Source of the DNA: Oculina patagonica
Taxonomy: Eukaryota
Reading direction: 5' to 3'
Assembly (NCBI RefSeq): GCF_052425735.1
Contig: NC_135770.1
Coordinates: forward strand, 5,332,001 to 5,396,000
DNA length: 64,000 bases
Of the stretch, positions 1 to 11,216 are shown one piece after another. The position numbers and the translations under genes were made by a program. The notes beneath the pieces are model-generated. The model saw nothing but the letters and a program-made list of their open reading frames with translations. It searched no databases and was not told where the DNA came from. Each line of letters opens with the position of its first letter. Positions within the stretch are counted from its first letter, which is position 1.

Positions 1-563
1 TTGTTCCACTGCGTATCCACTCAGAATTTCACTTGTTCCACTGCGTATCCACTAAGAATTTACCTATTTCCACTGCGTATCCACTCAGAATTTCACTTGT
101 TCCACTGCGTATCCACTCAGAATTTCACTTGTTCCACTGCGAATCCACTCAGAATTTACCTTGTTCCACTGCGAATCCACTCAGAATTTACCTTGTTCCA
201 CTGCGTATCCACTCAGAATTTTACTTGTTCCACTGCGTATCCACTCAGAATTTCACTTGTTCCACTGCGTATCCACCCAAAATTTCACTTGTTGCACTGC
301 TTATCCACTAAGAATTTTACTTGTTCCACTGCGTATCCACTCAGAATTTCACTTGTTCCACTGCGTATCCACTCAGAATTTCACTTGTTCCATTGCGTAT
401 CCACTCAGAATTTCACTTGTTCCATTGCGTATCCACTCAGAATTTCACTTGTTCCACTGCGAATCCACTCAGAATTTACCTTGTTCCACTGCGTATCCAC
501 TCAGAATTTTACTTGTTCAACTGCCTATCCACTCAGAATTTCACTTGTTCCACTGCGTATCCC
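1..563. repeat. 32-bp minisatellite, ~17.5 copies, runs off the left edge
   Basis: Unit TTGTTCCACTGCGTATCCACTCAGAATTTCAC repeats head-to-tail with few substitutions, which explains the repetitive ORFs in all three + frames. Confidence 0.97.
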
Positions 564-765
564 CTCAATTACAATTAGTAATTCTACGCAAGGTGCTGTT
601 ACTATCATGGGCCGTGTAAGTTATAAATCAACAATCACCTTTTGAGAAAAATAAGTGCACAATTTTCTCCTTGAATTTGTAAAGTCAGCATGATTAAGTG
701 ACTCTTATTCAGACTACGCAAGCAACCCTTTAAAAAATGTGGACTTTGTTGAAATCGTTGTGAAT

Positions 766-930
766 ACTCGATTCCCTCTATAGTGCGCGCCTGCAGGGAA
801 TCACGGTAGTTGTATCCATCAAGTCATGCGCGAGACTCAGCAACGTGCATCGTTGCTGAGTCTCGCGCATGGCTTGATGGATACAACTACCGTGATTCCC
901 TGCAGGCGCGCACTATAGAGGGAATCAGGT
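766..930. mobile_element. Near-perfect palindromic (foldback) insertion
   Basis: Arms ~770-845 and 851-926 are reverse complements with one mismatch and a 5-nt loop (TGCAT). The paralogous empty site GTGAATTGGTCA (~22553) indicates an insertion with an apparent AT duplication. Confidence 0.85.
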
Positions 931-2682
931 ATTGGTCATTATAACCAGGGATTTGAAGTGCTTAAAAGGATATGGGATGTTGGCAAATTTTCACTGGGAT
1001 AATAAGATTTGATTTACTGAACTGGGAATCAAAAACTTGAAAGAGACATTAATAGAAGTGGGAATAAGATTTGGAAAATCGGGAAACAATAGGCTGGGAA
1101 ATGGGATTTATAGCCTCCCTTAAGGACCCTATGCCTCTTGATTGTGACAGACAGATACTCTTGTTGAAATGTTTCAAGACCTTTTAATAGAACAAATTTT
1201 TCTTCATAACAGAACAGACATCCTTTTTAATGGTTGGAGTAAGTATTAGTATATTAACTAAAAGTAATTTTAAAAAATAAACTTTCCTTTCATTCTCTTG
1301 TTTTCTTTCCATGTGGTATTTTTCATTTTAAACCAAGCCACTTAGTTCTACTTCATATATCCACTCCGACATTTAAAAAATCTTAAAACCATCCAGTCTG
1401 CTTATTAAACTGTATTGAGTTTGGTTCATGGCTGCATTGTAACAGATTTATTACAACATTTCGTGACCTTCTTAGCTTCCATGTCATTCAACCTTCAAAA
1501 CATCATTTGTCAGGCTATGAAATCCAAAAACAATTCAGTTCTTAATGTTCTTACTTCGACTAGTTACAAATAATTTTAAATTTATTTGTTTGGAATGAAT
1601 GTAAAATTCAATTACTTTTTTCATCAATTTTGTGTGTCTCTCGGGACAGCAGAGCTGTGGGGAGGGGGGGGGGAGGGGATTTTCGGAAAAAAAAATAGAC
1701 TTTCTAAGAGAAGAGTCTCTTAAGCGCCCCCCTCACTTCATTTCAGTTTGGAGAGCCAAAAACTGAGTGGCATTTGTCCAATGGACAAGTGGAAGAAAAA
1801 AATCTTCTGCCCAAGTACATATGTTGTACTAATCGCTATAAAAATACAAAAAAACTTCTACAATATGGGCCTTCTACTCAGAAAATAATGTCATATCTTT
1901 CTTTAAGAGCTAACAGGTGAGAGGGCTATTTTTTGGAAGGATTTTTCCATCTGAGATTTGGGGAGTGTGTTTCTTGTTTTTTTTTTTTTTTTTTTTTGGA
2001 GGGGGGAGGGGGGGGGGTAATTTTTTCGAAATTTTACAGTATGAGACCAGTGCAAATGTTGTATTGATCTCGACACTAATTCTGGCTGGTTTCAGTTTAC
2101 ATCAAACCAATGTAAATAAAATGTTATATCAGACATGATTTCCACAATGCCCCATCACACTACCAGTAAGCATGTTTCAACCTAGTGTGAACACAGTTTC
2201 ATTATTATTGGACCCTTGTACAAATGAGTAGATTTTCCATTTTCCAAGTGAAACATGAACTTAAGTCAAATCCTGGACAAAGTCAAAGGTCCGGCTCACT
2301 GCTGATTGGTCAGCGGTACAATGTATATAACTTCTTGTGGGTGTCTTAACTTCTTGTGTTTTCAAACAGTGGATGGTAGACAGCAGACAAACAACTAAAT
2401 ACAGGAATTGCTCTGAACTAAACAACACAGTGGTTAGCGTAGAGAGCACAATGTCACTGACTTGAAAATGGTTAGCGTTTGAATATTTGTATTAGAGGCT
2501 AACACTGTATGTTAAACACGACTTGGGCATTTGACTTGGACTTGACTTGTGCTCAGCTTTCACTTGCCAAATGGATAAACTATAATAATATTTACTGTTC
2601 ACTCATAATTTTGCACCAGTACTGATTTGACAGGGTCTCACATATACAACTGAGTCGTACCAGACAGTCACGTAATCACCAA

Positions 2683-4413
2683 CTATGAAACCACTGTACA
2701 TTCCTTGAGAACTTCTTTTGGTATTCGTAGACTACAAATGTCATACTTTTCAGTACCTGGTGAAACAATGGAACAAAATTTCCACTCATTGCTTTCAGCA
2801 TCATACTCCTGCAAAGACATTTCCTGTGAATCATCTTGTCCGAAGCAACCACACACATATATCTTTCCCTTGAAGCTCACTGCACTCATAAAATCAACTC
2901 TTGAAACAACTGTACTTGCAATGCTACTCCACACATCAACAGCTGGGTCGTACACTTCACAGAATTTGGACTTTGTTGCACCTTCTCCTAGGCCTCCAAA
3001 CACAACCACTTTCTGATTGACAGCTACACCACATGCATTGAATCTTCCTTCTAAAGTTGGAGCAACCCTCCCCCAAGATTTTTCTGCAGCATCAAATCTC
3101 TCGACAATCTTTAGCTTGCACCCATCTTTGTTGCCTCCAACTGCATACAGGAAATTTTTGCTAGCCACAGCACATATGCCATATCTTGCAACACTCAAGG
3201 AAGTAATCTTTTGCCACAAGTTGGTCTCGGGATTGAACCTTTGCACTGTGCTCAATAGCATGTTATTTTTGTCTGCTCCACCTATAACATACAGAAACCC
3301 CTGGAAAGTAACAACAGCAGCAAACCGAATTGCTTGATTGAAGGACTTTAAAGGAGTCCAAGTGTTTGTTGTTGGATCGTAGCATTCCGCAGGATAGCCA
3401 TCTGTATTTCCTCCAATACAATACATTCTTCTGTGACACGAACTCGTTGATTGAGAATATTTGAGGCGTTTAGAAAACATATAGGCCAACTTGTACCACT
3501 TGTTCTCTGAAGGTATGTAACACAATGTACTCTTGTGTGTCCCACGTGCACAAATGACATCTTCATGTGTCTTCATGCAGTTCCTTGGTGGCTGAGCAAA
3601 ATAGCCTTCTTCTGTACCACTAAATACCATTTTCATGGCATCTAACGTCACATTCAAGCAGTCTAAATTGCATTTAATCAAGGGATTTGATAAAACTACG
3701 TTGAATAGAAAGTCACGGGTAATGTAAATAAAACGAATGTGACGAAGCAAGTCGGAAACACTTTGATTTCTACTCTCATTTCTTGCGATCCACTTAATTA
3801 GAACATTGAAAACCTCTTCCTCTCCTTCTACGACGATTTCATCGCTTGAGATCCACTCCTCGACTTGAGTGCTGCTTAAATTAAAAAATTCTTCAGTTTC
3901 AGCTACAACAACAAAGTTTGCCAGAATGAAATCCTTCGCTTTTTTCTGAAGATCTTCACACCGATACCTTTCAGCCAGATAATAAGCCGTGATGCAGCTG
4001 GAAAAGGACAAGGCTTGTGCAATAACCTTGCCACATAAATCTTTCAAGGTTGGGAGAAGAAAATAATCTGCTGCTGCCATTAAATCACAGGCATTGGCTT
4101 CACTGATGTCAACACGACCTGTGTAGAGATACTTCAACACTTCTTCCATAACATCTTTGGTTATCTGTTCCAATCGGATCACTCCTTCTTTCTTTTCTTT
4201 CATGTCGCTGTTAAAAGCGTTGAAAAAGAACGGACTTGCTGCACATAACACGATTCTGTGAGCTTTAAAACGAGCTTGATCGTCACCGGAGCCAACTTCT
4301 AGAATCACATCACAGCAATGTTCGTTTCTTCGCTGAATATCGAGGCGTTTCATTATTTCCACACAAAATTGATGCTCCTCAGTCTTTGCAATTGCTTCAA
4401 GTAGAGAATCCAT
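2683..4413 (-). CDS. Kelch-like BTB-BACK-Kelch protein, copy A (576 aa), intronless
   Basis: BTB motif (CDVILEV...FKAHRIVLCAASPFF...YLYTG), BACK motif (EEEVFNVLIKW...LLRHIRF) and Kelch repeats with GG doublets and Y-D-P...W. Confidence 0.95.
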   Translation of the reverse strand: MDSLLEAIAKTEEHQFCVEIMKRLDIQRRNEHCCDVILEVGSGDDQARFKAHRIVLCAASPFFFNAFNSDMKEKKEGVIRLEQITKDVMEEVLKYLYTGRVDISEANACDLMAAADYFLLPTLKDLCGKVIAQALSFSSCITAYYLAERYRCEDLQKKAKDFILANFVVVAETEEFFNLSSTQVEEWISSDEIVVEGEEEVFNVLIKWIARNESRNQSVSDLLRHIRFIYITRDFLFNVVLSNPLIKCNLDCLNVTLDAMKMVFSGTEEGYFAQPPRNCMKTHEDVICARGTHKSTLCYIPSENKWYKLAYMFSKRLKYSQSTSSCHRRMYCIGGNTDGYPAECYDPTTNTWTPLKSFNQAIRFAAVVTFQGFLYVIGGADKNNMLLSTVQRFNPETNLWQKITSLSVARYGICAVASKNFLYAVGGNKDGCKLKIVERFDAAEKSWGRVAPTLEGRFNACGVAVNQKVVVFGGLGEGATKSKFCEVYDPAVDVWSSIASTVVSRVDFMSAVSFKGKIYVCGCFGQDDSQEMSLQEYDAESNEWKFCSIVSPGTEKYDICSLRIPKEVLKECTVVS

Positions 4414-4499
4414 GGCTAGGCTGAGTTGAAATCACAGTGAAGCGGCTAAAAGGAAAGAACACCTGAGAAAAACGACTTGGAAGAGCTCGATTTTGATCA

Positions 4500-4625
4500 A
4501 ATGTTCGAGGCGCATGGCGCGCGAAATTTGATGCCGTCGGGGGCGTTGCCGCAGGACATTAGCAGAGCCCGCAGTCAGGTAAAAATTCCCGCCAAAAGAA
4601 AACCGGGAAGCGCGGGAAGTGAAGC
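4500..4625 (-). promoter_or_regulatory. Conserved CpG-rich proximal promoter / 5' leader of the KLHL copies with E2F-like motifs
   Basis: GCGCGAAA (4519-4526), TTCCCGCCAAAA (4586-4597) and CGCGGGAAGT (4611-4620). The block recurs upstream of all six copies; F lacks the middle motif and D has a variant of it. Confidence 0.5.
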
Positions 4626-4808
4626 ATCTGGGCGCCCAATGCAAAAATAATGATGGCAGTGAGGAGTCTAAGGAGATACTATTATTATTTGTGACATCAA
4701 GACCAGTAAGTTCCAATTCTTATAAAGTCACAGAGGCGGCGGAGCGTTTTCGAACGTGGATGGCTACCGGCTATGACTCCCTGTCCCAAAAATACTCTGC
4801 ATGCATGT

Positions 4809-5040
4809 TAGGGGTATCAAATGGCATGAAATGGTCTTTGCGAGCATGCGAGCACAGCGTTTTTCTTTGCGAGCACGAGCATTGACAAAAATTAGCCTTG
4901 CGAGCAACGAGCACTTTTCGAAAAGCTACCCCACTAAAAACCGAGCATGCGAGCACTTGTAAAAATGTGCGAGCACGAGCAAACGAGCACCCACTCAAAT
5001 TTTGCGACCATTCCAAGCAAAAGCTTAATTTTGCGAGCAT
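4809..5040. mobile_element. Copy-specific MITE fragment with internal TTTGCGAGCACGAGCA repeats
   Basis: Absent from the paralogous region upstream of copy B (~10480) and bounded by GCATGTT direct repeats. Confidence 0.6.
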
Positions 5041-5632
5041 GTTTCTATATTTGGAGCCACTTTTTCCGTTTAATACAGCAACTTTTTGATTTCTGAGCAG
5101 TTTCCGGATCGAAGATTTACGAACATTCTCCTATTGTTGTTCGATGGTCATACGGATGTTGACGATCGTTTGTCGAACTTTTCCGAAGATAGACGTAGTT
5201 TTCCGAAGACTTCCAAGGAAGTTTCAAAGATGTTTGAACTCACTTACGAGCCGGAATGCCGGAATATCGCGAAGAAACAATTTAACGCTGCGCTCGCGAT
5301 ATTTTGGGCACCAAAACGTGGCTACAGCGCCCTTGGGCTCCTGCTATGAGTTATCCTTTAATACAATAAGTTATTCCAGGCAAGGTTCTGTTGCTATCAT
5401 GGGCCATGTTATACAACAACAATCACTTTTATAATAGCAGATTTAAAAAAATAAATGCAAGGTTTTCTCCTTGAATTTTTATCAGTAGCCCTTGCATAAT
5501 AAAATACAAAAACGTAGCCCTTGCATTTTAATTGGTCAGCAAAGTAGGTGAGCAGCAAAACTTGTGACGTCAGCATGATTGAGTGACTCTTAATCCGGCT
5601 ACCCAAGAAAACCATCACGTAAATTTGAAATT

Positions 5633-5747
5633 ATGTAATGTATATGAAATGATTCAATATGAACGCGGATGTATATGAGAGTGATAAATGATCGTCGCAG
5701 TGAATTTCCAATAAAGAATTGAATAAAGAAGCCGAAAAAAAAATTCA

Positions 5748-5781
<34 letters not shown>

Positions 5782-6450
5782 GATACCGGTGCGGCTCTAC
5801 CAACTGAGCTATTGAAGCCACAATTGGGAGCGAGGTAATTATACGGAAGGAAAATAAAAAGATTAAAGAACGCGGGTAGAGAGGTAAATGATCGTCGCAG
5901 TGAATAAAAGAATGAAAAGAAGCGAAAAAAAACAGGGCCACGACCGAACCGTGCGATGCCTACAATGAGAGAAGCATGGAGCGATATAAGTGGGAGATAG
6001 CTGAGTCGCGTGAGAAGTAAGAAGCGAAAAAAAAAGCAACGGACGAAGTGACCCCGCAACGGCGATGCCACCATGGATTGAAGCCAATGAGCGATTAAGT
6101 GGAGGTTAGCGGTGCGTCGAATTGTAGAAGCCTGAAACAGCCGGACGTACCCCGACGCGAGCTCACCTAGAGAAGCACAAGGGAGGGAAATTGAAAAGGG
6201 GAAACGAAGAAGAAGCCGAAACGGACCGCGAGTCGATCCACGAGCAAAGCAAAAAACTGAAGCCGCAGAAGAAACACACACACTCCTCTCAGGGATGAAC
6301 CAAGACCTCGCCCCAATGTGTGGCCAAAGCCAGTTGGTAGAGCCGCACCGACGCGGAGGTCGCCTTAGCCCTGTTTTTTTTTTTTTTTCAGGCTTCTTTA
6401 TTCCAATTGCTTAAATTGGAAATTCACTGCGACGATCATTTATCACTCTC
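5633..6450. mobile_element. tRNA-derived SINE-like element with an inverted partial copy and a 12-bp TSD
   Basis: TSD AAATTTGAAATT at 5621-5632 and 6451-6462. GAGAGTGATAAATGATCGTCGCAGTGAATT (~5677) is inverted at ~6420-6450. The interior is degenerate. Confidence 0.8.
5749..5819 (-). other. tRNA-like SINE head (Pol III A/B boxes), not a functional tRNA
   Basis: GGCTTCA/TGAAGCC acceptor-like stem, TAGCTCAGTTGG A box, GGTTCGAATCC B box and a following T-run; the anticodon arm is irregular. Confidence 0.75.
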
Positions 6451-8383
6451 AAATTTGAAATTGTTGTGAATTGGTCATTACAATCAACAGCGCGCGGTAA
6501 TAACGAAGCTTGATATCATATTTTGTTGAAGGGTTTGAAGGGATAAAATGAAAACTAGGATTTGGGCAATTTTTTAGTGAGACAATGGGGCATCGCAACT
6601 GGAAATGGGATTTGTATACTTCGGGAAAACAGTAGGCTGGAAAATGGGATTTGGGGAAAAATGTGGTCTGGGAAATGGGATTTTATCCCCATTGAGGACC
6701 CTCTTCTAGGGGGGTCCGGGGGCATGCCCCCCCCCCTGGAAATTTTTTTTAAATGGATATGTGCTGAGATGCAATCTGGTGTATTTTGAGACACAACCTT
6801 GATATATTTTCACCGTAATTTTATATTGTTTTTTGGTCATCACATGATTAGGTTTTGACAATGTTAGCTCGGCTGAGACGAAGAGTTCCTATTGCGCTAT
6901 TTATACCCTACAAAGAAGTGAATAAAAGAGATAAACAGCGGCAATGTTTCAGTTCTTAACTTATCTTCATAGCGATGGAAAATTTCTAGATGATATATTG
7001 ATTTATCTATGTACTGTATAAATTATCACAAATTTTTTTGGGGGGAGAAGCTTCTACCCCTGAACACCTCTAGATAGAACCCTGACTGTTTTAAACCTTT
7101 TAATAAAACAATTTTTCCCAGTAACAGAACAGACATACTTGTTGATGGTTGGATTTACTATTATAGCAGTGTTAAAAAAAATAAACCTTTGTGGTATATC
7201 TCTCTTCTTTTTTTCATGTGGTATTTATCTGTTAAAAACAAATCCTTATTAAACCAAGCAACTAACTCCTACTTCATTTTTATCCATTCCGACATTAAAG
7301 ATTTTAAATCTTAACTATCCAGTCTGCTGATTAAACTATATTGAGTTTCATGGCTGCATGGCTATCTTGTAACAGATTTATCACAACATTTCGTGAACTG
7401 TTTAGCTTTCATGTCTTTCAACCTTTAAAACGTCACTTGTCAGGCTATGAAATCCAAAAACGATTTCCATTAATGTTCAAATGCAGACTAGATAAAATAA
7501 TTTTAAATGCGTTTGTTAGGACTGAATGTAAAATAAACTGATAGGGACAAGGTTGCCAATCACTTTTTTCATCAATTTCTTGCGTCTCCAGGGATGCGGA
7601 GCCATGGGGGGGGGGGGGAATTTGCTGATAAAATAAAGACTTACTAAGAGAACAGCCTCTTAAGTCCCCCCCCCCTATTTCAAGTCACTAGTCACCCTCC
7701 TCCGGTCCCCCCAATTAGAAAAAATGTTCCACCATCCTGGTCTTGTCTACAGTAGTGACTACCTGCGATGTGTGAGTCAAAGTACTTTCTTTCTTTTACT
7801 GATCTCGACTCTAATTCTGGCTGGTTTCGGTTTACATCAAACCAATCTAAATAAAATGTCATCTCAGACATGATTTCCACAATGCCCCGTCACAAGCGAA
7901 ACACTTCATTTGTGTTCAGACTTAGCATGTTTTAACCTAGTGTGAACACAGTTTTATAATGCAGCCTTGTATTAATAAGTAAATTAATTAATTTTTTTAT
8001 TTTCCAAGGGAAACATGAACCTCAGTCAAATCTTGGACAAAGTCCAATTTTCTGGCTCACTGCTAATTGGTCAGTAGTACAATGAATACCCAAATTTTTG
8101 TGTTTTTTAACAGTGGATGGTGGGCAGCAGACAAGCAACTTTTACAGGAATTGCTCTGAACTAAACATCACAGTGGTTTTGAAAATGGTCAGCTCTTGAA
8201 TATTTGTAAACGATCAACACGACTTGGGCATTTGACTTGGACTTGACTTGTGGTCAGATTACACTTGCCAAATGGATAAACTATAATAATATTTACTGTT
8301 CACACATTATTTTGCACCAGTACTGATTTGACAGGGTCTCACATATACAACTAAGTTGTACCAGACAGTCATGTAATCACCAA

Positions 8384-10111
8384 CTATGAAACCACTGTAC
8401 ATTCTTTCAGAACTTCTTTTGGTATTCGTAGACTACAAATGTTATACTTTTCACCGCCTAGTGAAATGCTGGAACAAGATTTCCACTCATTGCTTTCGGC
8501 ATCATACTCCTGCAAAGACATTTGCTGGAAACCATCTTGTTCAAAGCAGCCGCACACATATATTTTTCCCTCGAAACTCACTGCACTTAAAAGAGTATCT
8601 CTTGAAACAACTTTACTCACAATGCTACTCCAAGTGTCAAGGGCTGGGTGATACACTTCACAGAATGTTGTCTCCGTCACACCATCTGCTAGGCCTCCAA
8701 ACACAAACACTTTCTGATTGACAGCTGCACCACATGCAGTGGATCTTTTTTCAAGAGTTGGAGCAACCCTACTCCAAGATTTTTCTGCTGCATCAAATTT
8801 TTCTACAATCTTCAGCTTGCACCCTTTTGTGTTGCCTCCAACTGCATACAGGAAATTTTTGCCAGCCACAGCACATATGCCATATCTTGCAACACTCAAA
8901 GAAGTTGTCTTTTGCCACAAGTTTGTCTCAGGATTGTATCTTTGTACGGTGCTCAATAGCTTATTTTTGTCAATGCCACCCATGACATACAAGAATCCCT
9001 GGAAAGTAACAACAGCAGCAAACTCGATTGTTTGATTGAAGGACTTCACAGGGGTCCAAGTGTTTGATGATGGATCATAGCATTCCGCTGGACAGCCACC
9101 TGCATTTCCTCCAATACAATACATTTTTCTGTGACATGAACTGGTCGACTGAGAAAACTTTGGCCGTTTGGACAGCATTGTAGCCAACTTGTACCACTTG
9201 TTCTCTGAAGGTACGAAACACAATGTACTCTTGTGTGTACCACATGCAACAATAACATCTTCGTATGTCTTCATGCAGTTTCTAGGTGGCTGAGCAAAAT
9301 AGCACTCCTCTGTACCACTAAACACCAATTTCATGGCATTTAAGACTATATGCAAGATTTCTTTATTGTCGTTTATCAAGGGATTTGATAAAATGACGTT
9401 AAATAGAAAGTCACGTGTTATGTAAATAAAGCGAATGTGACGAAAAAAGTCGGAAACACTTTGATTTCTACTCTCATCTCTTGCGATCCACTTCAGTACA
9501 ACGTCGAAAACGTCCTCCTCTCCTTTTACAATGATTTCATCGCTTGAGATCCACTCCTCGACTTGAGTGCTGCTCAAATTCAAAAATTCTTCAGTTTCAG
9601 CTACAGCAACAAAGTTTGCCAGAATGAAATCCCTCGCTTTAATCTGCAGATCTTTACACCGATACCTTTCAGCCAGATAATAAGCCGTGATGCAGCTGGA
9701 AAAAGACAAGGCTTCTGCAATAACGTTGCTACACAAATTTTTCAAGGTTGGGAGAAGAAAATAATCTGCTGCTGCCATCAAATCACAGGCATTGGCTTCA
9801 CCGATGTCAACATGACCTGTGTAGAGATACTTCAACACTTCTTCCATAACAGCTTTGCTCATCTCTTCCAATCGGATCACTCCTTCTTTCTTTTCTTTCA
9901 TGTCGCTGTTAAAAGCGTTGAAAAAGAACGGACTTGCTGCACATAAGACGATTCTGTGAGCTTTCAAACGAGCTTGATCGTCACCGGAGCCAACTTCTAG
10001 AATCACATCACAGCAATGTTCGTTTCTTCGCTGAATATCGAGGCGTTTCATTATTTCCACACAAAATTGTTGCTCCTCAGTCTTTGCAATTGCCTCAAGA
10101 AGAGAATCCAT
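8384..10111 (-). CDS. Kelch-like BTB-BACK-Kelch protein, copy B (575 aa), intronless
   Basis: Same domain motifs as copy A and colinear with it. Confidence 0.95.
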   Translation of the reverse strand: MDSLLEAIAKTEEQQFCVEIMKRLDIQRRNEHCCDVILEVGSGDDQARLKAHRIVLCAASPFFFNAFNSDMKEKKEGVIRLEEMSKAVMEEVLKYLYTGHVDIGEANACDLMAAADYFLLPTLKNLCSNVIAEALSFSSCITAYYLAERYRCKDLQIKARDFILANFVAVAETEEFLNLSSTQVEEWISSDEIIVKGEEDVFDVVLKWIARDESRNQSVSDFFRHIRFIYITRDFLFNVILSNPLINDNKEILHIVLNAMKLVFSGTEECYFAQPPRNCMKTYEDVIVACGTHKSTLCFVPSENKWYKLATMLSKRPKFSQSTSSCHRKMYCIGGNAGGCPAECYDPSSNTWTPVKSFNQTIEFAAVVTFQGFLYVMGGIDKNKLLSTVQRYNPETNLWQKTTSLSVARYGICAVAGKNFLYAVGGNTKGCKLKIVEKFDAAEKSWSRVAPTLEKRSTACGAAVNQKVFVFGGLADGVTETTFCEVYHPALDTWSSIVSKVVSRDTLLSAVSFEGKIYVCGCFEQDGFQQMSLQEYDAESNEWKSCSSISLGGEKYNICSLRIPKEVLKECTVVS

Positions 10112-11216
10112 GGTTTGGCTGAGTTGTTAATACAATAAAGCGGCTAAAAGGAGAGAACGCCTCAGCAAAACGAATGGAAGAGCTCGATTTTGATGAAATG
10201 TTCTGGCGCGAAATTTGATGCCGTCGGGGGCGTTGCTGCTGTACATTAACGGAGCCCGCAGTCAGGTAAAGGTTCCCGCCAAAAAAGAAAACCGGGAAGC
10301 GCGGGAAGTGAAGCATCTGGGCGCCCAACCTATGCGAAAATAATGATCGCAGTGAGGAGTCTAAGGAGTTTTGACATCAAGACCCGTAAGGTCTAATTCT
10401 GATCTCCTATAATAAAGTTACAGAGGCGGCGAAGCGTTTTGGAATGTGGGGGGCTATGACTCCCTGTCGCAAAAATGCTTGGCATGTTTCCATATCTGGA
10501 GCCACTTTTTCCGTTTATAATACAGCAACTTCTAGATTTCCGAGCAGTTTCCAGACCGAAGATTTACGCACATTCTCCGATTGTTGTCCGATGGTAATAC
10601 GAATGTTGACGATCGTTTGTCGAACTTTACCGAAATTGTAAACGAAGAGTTTCCGGAGACTTCCAAGGAAGTTTCATTTTTTCAAAGAAGTTTGAACTCA
10701 CTCACAAGACGGAATATCTTGACAAACCAATTTCGTTGCGCTCGCGATATTCTCGGAGTTAAAACGGGGGAGCGGGGCTGAGCCCCCAATTTTTCGGGTT
10801 TTTTTTTTGGGGGGGGGGGGCTGAGCCCCCAATTTTTCGCTTGGGGGAGAGGGGGGCTACAGGCCCCCTGTACCCCCTGCTCCGCCACCTATGATTTATC
10901 CCGTACAATTAGTTATTCCAGGCAAGGTGCTGTTACCTGATCATGGGCAGTTTTGTTCATCAACAATCACCTTTATATAATAGCAGATTGAGGAAAATAA
11001 ATGCAAGGTTTTCTCCTTGAATTTTTATCAGTAGCCCTTGCACTTTTGTTTTATTGGAAGGTCAGCAAAGTAGGTGGGCAGCAAAACTTGTGATGTCAGC
11101 ATGATTGAGTGACTCTTATTCAGACTACCCAAGTAAACCATCACAAAATGTCGAATTTTGTTGAAATTGGTCATTACAATCAACAGCGGTATTAACTAAG
11201 CTTGATATTATATTTT

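Noticed and set aside
1-645. Repetitive ORFs of 85-214 aa, and a possible CRISPR-like array
   Set aside because: These are translations of a stop-poor 32-bp tandem repeat. There are no unique spacers and the context is eukaryotic.
5749-5819. Functional tRNA gene
   Set aside because: Irregular anticodon arm and embedded in a TSD-flanked repeat, so it is a SINE head.
5745-6281. 178-aa ORF
   Set aside because: Lies in low-quality, compositionally skewed repeat sequence that is probably an assembly artefact.
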